Assembly: GCA_044226015.1 (NCBI GenBank)
Contig: JBGAHS010000009.1
Location: 32,001-96,000, forward strand
DNA from: Candidatus Obscuribacteraceae bacterium
Lineage (GTDB): Bacteria; Cyanobacteriota; Vampirovibrionia; Obscuribacterales; Obscuribacteraceae
DNA: 64,000 nt
Reading direction: 5' to 3'
Every line of letters starts with the position of its first letter. Within the stretch, counting starts at the first letter, position 1. Shown in pieces: positions 50,032 to 57,121 of the stretch. Made by a program: the position numbers and the translations under genes. Under the pieces are notes generated by a model. It ran no database searches. It was not told the origin of the DNA and worked only from the letters and a program-made list of their open reading frames with translations.

Positions 50032-51213
50032 CTACTTTCTCTGACCGTCTGGACCTAAAGTCATTAAAGGGACGGTAATCGTGGGCGTATCAGGGACGCG
50101 TTTATCGACTGCTTTTGCAATCTTTCGAGTGACGAAGGGCACTGGATTCTTTACTTCAACGTTTACTTCGAAATCGCCAGTACCCGGGTTGCGTTTGAAA
50201 AATAAACGCATCACTTCTGCCTGATTGTCGATTTGTCCCAATTTGCTGAGATATGCTGGTACGTCGAGGTTTACCTTTAGTCCTTTGATGTCTTTGAGTT
50301 CGGGATATTTTCCTTCTCCTATGTTGAACTCAATGGTTCCCAGTTGAATTGAGTCGAGTCGTATGCCTCCACCAACGTCAGTTTTGTCTGCAAAGGGAAT
50401 TCGAACGTCTGCAGCTCTTCGAATAACAAATTTGCTGCCGCCTTCTTTTGCAATCTCTTTTATGCCACCAACGGCTTGCTCAACTATCTCTCTGGATTGA
50501 GCGTCTAATTCAATACCAGCGGTGGTCAATCCCATTTTTATAAGTTTGACGGGATCGTCCGAACTCAGCTTCACTGGAGGCAGCTGGCGCAGAATTTCGT
50601 TTACCTTCACCACTGGTGAATCAAGTGCTATCTGAGCCCATTTTGCTTCGAACTCGTCTTCTTTTCTTGGTTTGAAAAATTGATCATAACCATTGCGGAG
50701 ACTTTCGCGGGTCTCTTTGTATGGGTCTTCGTATACATCTCCACCTGGTTTGGGATGGCACCTCATGCATTCGTAGGGATCTGGTTTTTTGATGGCTGTG
50801 CTCAACGAGTCCATCTCACGAACCTGTTTAGCTAGCTTTCGGTTCAGTTCTGCTGAACCAGGAACCAGGTCTTCGATTTGTTTGGCATATTTAGCTTGTT
50901 CTGTTAGAGTTTTTGCGCAGACATACTCTCGTCGCGCTTTTCGCAACTCATCGCGCTTTTCGGGAGACAACTCTGACTCCGCCTTGTTTCTGCGCGATAA
51001 ATTCCAGCTGATTTCTTCGCTAACAGCTAAGAATTCCTGTGTGCGAGGTTTGCCTGGCGGTCCAAATCTTGGGAATTCTCCGAACAAGTCGCCAGTATTT
51101 TTGCGTAAAACGCCTCTGTCGTTTTTGTCCAGTTCTGCCAAAATCTTGGCTAGCGCGTCATCGGCGTTTTTGTCCCCAGCGACGCCGCGATCAATAACTC
51201 TCTTATCACCCAT
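50032..51213 (-). CDS. Hypothetical protein with a single CxxCH motif
   Basis: CMRCH; likely start MGDKRV after AAGG; no signal peptide. Confidence 0.7.
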   Translation of the reverse strand: MGDKRVIDRGVAGDKNADDALAKILAELDKNDRGVLRKNTGDLFGEFPRFGPPGKPRTQEFLAVSEEISWNLSRRNKAESELSPEKRDELRKARREYVCAKTLTEQAKYAKQIEDLVPGSAELNRKLAKQVREMDSLSTAIKKPDPYECMRCHPKPGGDVYEDPYKETRESLRNGYDQFFKPRKEDEFEAKWAQIALDSPVVKVNEILRQLPPVKLSSDDPVKLIKMGLTTAGIELDAQSREIVEQAVGGIKEIAKEGGSKFVIRRAADVRIPFADKTDVGGGIRLDSIQLGTIEFNIGEGKYPELKDIKGLKVNLDVPAYLSKLGQIDNQAEVMRLFFKRNPGTGDFEVNVEVKNPVPFVTRKIAKAVDKRVPDTPTITVPLMTLGPDGQRK

Positions 51214-51376
51214 ATCAATCACCTTGATGCAGCTTGCCCACCCGACTGCCATCAACGTGAATGTCTCTATACCGATCTGTATTTTTTCTAGACAGACCAG
51301 ATGAAGGTGTGCGTAAACGCGCAACTGCAATAACGCGTATGACATGAGAGTGACAGAACAAACTGTCAGGAATTGA

Positions 51377-51757
51377 TTAGTCTTTGTCTATTTCACACTT
51401 CGGTAGTGTCTTAAACATTTTGTCTATTTGGAGAAGCGCTCCTTTAGCGCTGCGGTATTCGGGAGAGTCTTCGCCGACTGCCTCCATATCTCCTTTCTTC
51501 GTCTGTTTTTCCAGAGAGAGAACAGGCAGCTGAGCGTCGCTGCCAGTTTTGGTGAGGGAAAATACGCCCTCTGGAAAACTCGCGCTTATCACTTCTTTGC
51601 GTTGGCCTGGCTTGCCATAAACATTCAGTGTGTCTCGAGTAGCAAGAATGCCTTCTGATGATGTGATGGCGTCTACGATAGATTCAGATTCCTTATTCGC
51701 ACTGTACACCAGATCTTTTGCAACGCAGGGGCTCTGCTTTGAATGAAATTCTTCCAT
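51377..51757 (-). CDS. Hypothetical protein, paralog of 51823..52176
   Basis: Shared CV.+D, DTL.V.G, KEVI, G.+.+TK.G, LP.L.+EK, K.LP.CEI. Confidence 0.8.
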   Translation of the reverse strand: MEEFHSKQSPCVAKDLVYSANKESESIVDAITSSEGILATRDTLNVYGKPGQRKEVISASFPEGVFSLTKTGSDAQLPVLSLEKQTKKGDMEAVGEDSPEYRSAKGALLQIDKMFKTLPKCEIDKD

Positions 51758-51822
51758 TTATGGATCCTCGAGAGCTGATGGTAACTTAGAGATTTGACTA
51801 TTGTCGAAGCCTCTGGCGACTG

Positions 51823-52176
51823 CTATTTACCCTTTATTTCGCAGTTAGGCAAAACCTTCAGCATAACATCCGTTTGTTGCAGCCCTTCCTCTGCTTTTGC
51901 ATACCTTGGATCTTGCTTGTCGATTTTGACAAAACCCCCAGTCTCCAATTTCTCAACAGTAAGTTGCGGCAGGCTCGGGTCTCCCGCTTTTGTCATCGCG
52001 TATAAACCGTCGTTTAAGTTTGTGGTTATGACCTCTTTGTGGTCAATTCCATTGGTCTCTGTTGCTTTTGCTGCGAACACAAGTCCATCGACTCTCAATG
52101 TATCCAATGCTGATTGGTGGTTTGGACCAAAATTATTGTCAATGTCTCTTGAAACGCATGCGCCTTGTCTTTCCAT
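51823..52176 (-). CDS. Hypothetical protein, paralog of 51377..51757
   Basis: GGAGG RBS; motifs as for its paralog. Confidence 0.8.
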   Translation of the reverse strand: MERQGACVSRDIDNNFGPNHQSALDTLRVDGLVFAAKATETNGIDHKEVITTNLNDGLYAMTKAGDPSLPQLTVEKLETGGFVKIDKQDPRYAKAEEGLQQTDVMLKVLPNCEIKGK

Positions 52177-52453
52177 AAATCGTTCCTCCCTGAGTTGGGT
52201 TTATTCTTCAATTTCCTACGTAAAATCCTCGTGACAAAATTGCTGTTTAGTTCTGCAGAGATCAATGAGCATGTAGGTAGAGATTCGTTCTATTTGATTC
52301 GATAAGATGGCACTAAGAAATCTTGAATTGCCGATCAACTCGAAAACATTATTGAGAGCTAATTCCTACTGCGTGTTAACCGCAGCGGAATTCACGCTTC
52401 TTTCACTCTGAGATTTTTAGCATCCGACCATATGACCTTCGAGGAAATTGGCG

Positions 52454-53695
52454 ATGCAAGATAATAAAGTAGAGAATGAACCCGAGAAAGCGGGTCGAGA
52501 TTCCAAAGATGATGGACGCAAAGCTCTAGTAGCGGAAGCATTTGATCCCAAGAATGCAGCAGCTTCTAAACAGGGAGATGCTAACTCGCCTCCCACTGGA
52601 TATAGCGTTATTTCGCCAGATATGTTGGATTATCTGGCGAAACATAATCCAAAAGACGCATCATTTGAAGACACTCTCAACAAGACCAACGAGCTGTTGA
52701 ACACTCCGGCGTTTGCACGTCCGCGCGCGACCGGCGCAGCCGACTCATCCCGTGAAGTGTATAACGCCGACATGAAATCTAAATTGCCAGGTCGCTTAGT
52801 TCGCTCGGAAGGACAGCCTGCAACTGGTGATGAAGAGCAGGATAAAGCATATGACTTTACAGGCTTTGTTCGGGACTTCTATCAAAAAGAATATCAACGA
52901 AATTCTATTGATGGGAAAGGAATGAAACTGCTTTCGACAGTGAACTATACCGAAAATGGAAGCAGTTTTGAGAACGCTTTTTGGAATGGCTCGCAAATGA
53001 CCTATGGTCATCCTGGTGCTAGCAGCCCATTCAAGACTTTTGTTCTTCTTGATGTTGCTGCCCATGAGATTACTCATGGAGTCACGGAAATGGAATCAAA
53101 CTTTGTCTATTACGGACAGTCTGGTGCGCTCAACGAAAGTATGTCGGACGTATTTGGCGAATTGACAGAGCAGTACGCTAAGCACACCAAAGCTCAAGAT
53201 GCTGATTGGATTATCGGCAATGGCATCTGGAAAGATGGCATTCGTGGGGTCGGTCTGCGCAACATGTTGCTTCCTGGTTCAGCTTATGATGACCCCAAGA
53301 TTGGAAAAGACAATCAGCCAGATCACATGAGCAATTATCTTGTGACGCGCAGAGACAATGGTGGCGTCCATACAAATTCCGGAATTCCTAACAGAGCATT
53401 CGCTCTCTTCGCTCGAAGTGTCGGTGGATTTGCGTGGGATGACCCGGGTCATATTTGGTTTGAAGCGCGGAAGAACTCTGGGCACAATCCAAGCTTCGCG
53501 TCATTTGCCTTCCAAACGATAGAAGCGGCGAAGAAATTGGGTCATGCTGATGAAGTCGAAAAGCTCACAAAGGCATGGTCTGATGTTGGCGTTACTCCAG
53601 CGAAGGATTCGAAAGATACAATAACGCCCTCAAAGCTTCCTTTCCCATTTCCGGTAAAAGAAGAGGATGATCGCCTGAATAAGAAAGCAGGATAG
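52454..53695 (+). CDS. M4 family zinc metalloprotease (protealysin-like)
   Basis: NAFWNG, HEITH, GALNESMSDVFG, DNGGVHTNSGIPN; short propeptide-like SVISPDMLDYLA; no Sec signal. Confidence 0.93.
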   Translation: MQDNKVENEPEKAGRDSKDDGRKALVAEAFDPKNAAASKQGDANSPPTGYSVISPDMLDYLAKHNPKDASFEDTLNKTNELLNTPAFARPRATGAADSSREVYNADMKSKLPGRLVRSEGQPATGDEEQDKAYDFTGFVRDFYQKEYQRNSIDGKGMKLLSTVNYTENGSSFENAFWNGSQMTYGHPGASSPFKTFVLLDVAAHEITHGVTEMESNFVYYGQSGALNESMSDVFGELTEQYAKHTKAQDADWIIGNGIWKDGIRGVGLRNMLLPGSAYDDPKIGKDNQPDHMSNYLVTRRDNGGVHTNSGIPNRAFALFARSVGGFAWDDPGHIWFEARKNSGHNPSFASFAFQTIEAAKKLGHADEVEKLTKAWSDVGVTPAKDSKDTITPSKLPFPFPVKEEDDRLNKKAG

Positions 53696-53725
53696 ATTTC
53701 TTAGCTTGAAATGAAAGAGATCCAG

Positions 53726-53759
53726 TGGAAGGCAGGCACCGCACCGTGTCTGCCTTCCA
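53726..53759. terminator. Stem-loop after M4 protease
   Basis: tggaaggcaggcac-N6-gtgtctgccttcca. Confidence 0.55.
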
Positions 53760-53809
53760 TTCTATTTGGATGGAGAAGAGGAACAAGTCGTCCTGCTGAG
53801 CGCAGAGAA

Positions 53810-53880
53810 CCAGAAAACCTTCCAGAAAACCTTCCGGAAAACCTTCCGGAAAACCTTCCGGAAAACCTTCCGGAAAACCC
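53810..53880. repeat. 12-bp tandem repeat, 5 full + 1 partial copy
   Basis: cc(a/g)gaaaacctt units between convergent genes. Confidence 0.95.
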
Positions 53881-53933
53881 TTTCACTTCAGCAAACCGCG
53901 AAGTAAATTTCACACTGTAAAAATGCTCAAAAC

Positions 53934-53971
53934 AAAGCGAGGCCGCCTTTCGGCGACCTCAAGCTTTTTTT
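53934..53971. terminator. Intrinsic terminator downstream of pilin-like copy 2
   Basis: gaggccgcc-tttc-ggcgacctc flanked by A/T tracts. Confidence 0.7.
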
Positions 53972-54001
53972 CACCACTACTTCGCGGTATAAGTCTTTGA
54001 A

Positions 54002-54502
54002 TTAGCTGAACAAGTTAGCATCACGAGCTGATGCAACGAGCCAGTTGATACATCCTGGGGTTGCGAGACCGCCAGTTACACCTGCAGCTCCCCAGAGAAC
54101 GCGCTTCATAGCGTCTTGAGTTCCAGCTGCCATGTGCATGAAGCCCATGATCATGGTAGGACCGCCCCAAGCGATACCGAGGATTTCCATACCGTTAGCG
54201 ATAATGTTGAGCAAAGCTTCCAAGTTAGCCAAGTTGTTTACGCGGACTGTGCCTGCGGTGTTTACACCCTGGATTACTGTAGCGTCAGCGCCTTGTGGTC
54301 CGATTGTACCGTTGGTAGCACCCTGGAGCATTGGAGCTGCTGCGCTTCCACCTTGCATTGTTTGTGAGCCGGTGTAGTTGCCGGTGTTCTGTGTTTGGTT
54401 ACCAGTTGCTGCTGTCGAATCGAAAGCGTCTTGTGCAAATGCTGGTGTGGAGAGCGCGAGAAGTGTTCCAGCTACGAGTGTTGTCTTAACTAGGTTACGC
54501 AT
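54002..54502 (-). CDS. Exported pilin-like protein (VirB2/TrbC-like hairpin), copy 2
   Basis: GGAGG RBS; MRNLV...STPAFA signal; mature part differs from copy 1 at only 5 of 143 aa. Confidence 0.6.
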   Translation of the reverse strand: MRNLVKTTLVAGTLLALSTPAFAQDAFDSTAATGNQTQNTGNYTGSQTMQGGSAAAPMLQGATNGTIGPQGADATVIQGVNTAGTVRVNNLANLEALLNIIANGMEILGIAWGGPTMIMGFMHMAAGTQDAMKRVLWGAAGVTGGLATPGCINWLVASARDANLFS

Positions 54503-54587
54503 AACGGTGCCCTCCATGGGTGGCAAGATGAATTTAAGTAGTAAGTTTGTTTTGAAGTTTTTCGAAGCGGTTGCTTTCGATGCAACA

Positions 54588-54738
54588 ATACTATGACTGT
54601 CCGGAACCAAAGTAAATATGACTTAGGTCATGGCAGGGTCATGGTTGGAGCCATGATGATCAGCATGTTTGAAAACGAAAATCTTGAAAATAGGACGTTT
54701 TGGGGATCTCAGTAGCGTCACCATGACTAAGGTCATGG
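54588..54738 (-). promoter_or_regulatory. Putative promoter: TAGTAT -10, TGACC boxes, two ATGAC-N4-GTCAT palindromes
   Basis: atacta 54588-93; ggtca at 54626 and 54637; atgacttaggtcatgg (54618) and atgactaaggtcatgg (54723). Confidence 0.55.
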
Positions 54739-54745
54739 GTGAGAT

Positions 54746-54885
54746 CATGACCTTCGGCGGTGGCGTGACTGACGATGCATCCACGACCTTCGGCGATGGG
54801 CGTGACTGACGATGCATCCACGACCTTCGGCGGTGGCGTTACTGACCAAGCATCCACGACCTTGCACATTGCGGCGAAGGTCATG
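54746..54885. repeat. 3 x 36-37-bp tandem repeat bounded by 11-bp inverted repeats
   Basis: Units gaccttcggcggtggcgtgactgacgatgcatccac at 54749, 54785, 54822; ends catgaccttcg / cgaaggtcatg. Confidence 0.85.
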
Positions 54886-54946
54886 CGTTAGCGGCGAGGA
54901 CGCTTCCTGCCGTGGCAACAGGTATAGCCGCCCTTGTTGCCTGCAG

Positions 54947-56830
54947 CTAACTCACATGGACGCGTGGACGCCGTTTGGGGTTCGGCTCTGCAGAGCGCAG
55001 TATCTCTCGGGTGAGAGGTGCGGTTTCACCCTCTCCGAATATGATGTATTTGATGACGTAACCGAGAGGGTGACCTTCCGTCCATCCGAAGTAGGCGTGC
55101 GGGGTCTGGGACGTGTCGTCGCGCAGCTTCAAGAGCAAAGCTGCGATGGCATTGGGGACGCTGGGACTGGTACATCGCCAGATTCTGTACCCGTCTTTTT
55201 CGACTCCAGTTATGTCCAGCGTGTCATCAATAAATGCAGAGGGATCTCCCGGGGTCACTTCAAGGAAAATGAAGTTGCCTTCTTGTCGCTGGATGCTATG
55301 AATCTCCCTAGCCTCTTCCTCTTTGAGCTGATAGTTCGTTCCGCCAGGGCGATGCGCCAATAAGCGAATCTCGCCCTGAAACTGTTTTCGGGTTTCTTCT
55401 AGAAACTCTTGAGCTTTGGCATCGAGCTTGACGTCCATGACGCGCAATTCGGTTGAACGAAAACAGCGGGAGAGGAACGAAATTCCGATGATTATCATTA
55501 TGAAGATGCTTGCAACGTGCAAACCTTCGGGGCGGCTAATTATGTTATTTACAGTGGTGTATGAAAAGAGGAGTGTGATCGCTGCAAAAGCAAAGCGCTG
55601 AAATGGCTGCTTCCATACAGCCAAAGTTGCTGCCAGAGCTGCTGAGCTCATGAGGACTAAAAGTCCTGTTGCAAAAGCACCAGCCTGAGCGTCTACATCT
55701 GCTTTGAAATAAAGAACGACGCTGAACGAAATTATTGTAATTAAAAGAACCAGCGGACGGAGGCTCGCAACCCAACTGGGTGCCATGCCAAAGCCTGGTA
55801 AATATCGCGGAATGAGGTTGAGAAGACCAGCCATAGCTGAGGCTCCAGCAAACCATAAGATCAGTAGGGTACTGATATCGTATATGGTGCCAAATTGATC
55901 TCCCAAGAGTTGGTGCGCAAGAAAAGCCAGGGCTCGACCGTTCGCTTTGCCCTGGTCTGCAAATTCTGCCGGCGGAATCAGCATAGTTGTCGTGATCGAA
56001 CTGGTCAGCAAAAAGAAAGCCATAATCAACGCAGCCGTTAGAAGTAGCTTCTTTGTGTTTTTAATTCGTCCTTGAGGTGCCTCTTCCGTGTCGCTTTCAA
56101 ATCCTCTTACATGTGGCATTACTGCCACGCCTGTTTCAAATCCTGACATGCCTAATGCAAGTTTTGGAAATGTTAGCGCTGAAACAAATGCTATCTCCGC
56201 TACTGAGTGATGAGCCGCAAATATCGATTGATACCAATTCGTTAAGTACAATGGCTGGTTGAAGATCTGCTGAAATGAAACGCCTAAGACCACGAGTGTA
56301 AGCCCTAGATAGCTCCACACTAAAATGACGCCGATCCAAATTGCGTCGCGGAATCCCTTCAAGAAAATTCCACCGAGAAGTGTTACTAATGATAGAGAGA
56401 GAATTATTTGATGCCGCAGCCATACTGGTGTCCAAGGATTATCCACAACGTGCTTGGCTGCATCTGAAGAGCAAAGCGTTATAGTCATAATGAAATCTGT
56501 TGCGGCAAAACCAAGCAGGCACAATACCAGCAGCTTGCCCCACCATCGTGGCAGGAGATCTTGCAATATAGCAATACTGCCTTGCCCATGTGGACTTAGC
56601 TCAGCTACTTTTGCGTACATCGGATAGGCGCCAAAAATGTTCAACAAAACAAGTAAGAAAGTTGCTGTGGGCGAAAGCGCGCCAGCATATACGAAAGCCA
56701 TTGCGGGGGCGAAGCCGAGAGACGAAAAGTAGTCAACCCCTGTGAGGCACATTACGTTAAGCCAGTGGTCTTGTTGATGACCTTTTGCACTCGAGTCGAC
56801 TCTCTCGAAAAACCACTTTTGTAAACTCAT
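54947..56830 (-). CDS. APC-superfamily permease (YdaO/KimA-like architecture)
   Basis: VMCLTGVDYFSSLG, SPHGQGSI, LALGMSGFETGV, ~12 TM plus soluble C-terminal domain. Confidence 0.85.
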   Translation of the reverse strand: MSLQKWFFERVDSSAKGHQQDHWLNVMCLTGVDYFSSLGFAPAMAFVYAGALSPTATFLLVLLNIFGAYPMYAKVAELSPHGQGSIAILQDLLPRWWGKLLVLCLLGFAATDFIMTITLCSSDAAKHVVDNPWTPVWLRHQIILSLSLVTLLGGIFLKGFRDAIWIGVILVWSYLGLTLVVLGVSFQQIFNQPLYLTNWYQSIFAAHHSVAEIAFVSALTFPKLALGMSGFETGVAVMPHVRGFESDTEEAPQGRIKNTKKLLLTAALIMAFFLLTSSITTTMLIPPAEFADQGKANGRALAFLAHQLLGDQFGTIYDISTLLILWFAGASAMAGLLNLIPRYLPGFGMAPSWVASLRPLVLLITIISFSVVLYFKADVDAQAGAFATGLLVLMSSAALAATLAVWKQPFQRFAFAAITLLFSYTTVNNIISRPEGLHVASIFIMIIIGISFLSRCFRSTELRVMDVKLDAKAQEFLEETRKQFQGEIRLLAHRPGGTNYQLKEEEAREIHSIQRQEGNFIFLEVTPGDPSAFIDDTLDITGVEKDGYRIWRCTSPSVPNAIAALLLKLRDDTSQTPHAYFGWTEGHPLGYVIKYIIFGEGETAPLTREILRSAEPNPKRRPRVHVS

Positions 56831-57042
56831 GGCGCCTTTCTTTTATTGCAGTATCGGGGTCAATGCTCCACCTTTTAATCCTTGATGGCAATAAAGAAAG
56901 CATCAAAACAATCATTTTTGATATCAAAATTAGCTCAAGCATACATTTCAAGCGGAGTCATGACAATCGAAGCAGCGAATTTTTTCGGAACTCAAAATTG
57001 AAGCTCCGCTTCTGGCATCTATGGTCTCAGTTTCGCTCAACG

Positions 57043-57075
57043 AAAGAGGAATGCGATTTAACGCATTCCTCCTTT
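57043..57075 (-). terminator. Intrinsic terminator after giant Gly-rich gene
   Basis: gaggaatgcg-N6-cgcattcctc with flanking aaa/ttt. Confidence 0.65.
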
Positions 57076-57121
57076 GAAAATCTCAAACTAGCTTACACAT
57101 TGTTTTCTGGCAATGGATGCT

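Noticed and set aside
53701..53920. ORFs with (PENL)n or (FSGR)n repeats
   Set aside because: Products of the 12-bp repeat spanning hairpins; no independent coding evidence
46545..54502. Mobile element or genomic island bounded by direct repeats
   Set aside because: The two copies are diverged at silent sites, no integrase/transposase is present, and the interior contains ordinary metabolic genes
54749..54863. CRISPR array (36-bp repeats)
   Set aside because: Units are head-to-tail with no unique spacers, and there are no cas genes in the window
56831..57121. c-di-AMP (ydaO) riboswitch upstream of the KimA-like permease
   Set aside because: Could not recognise the conserved ydaO motifs by eye; only a terminator hairpin is evident. 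An Infernal scan would settle it
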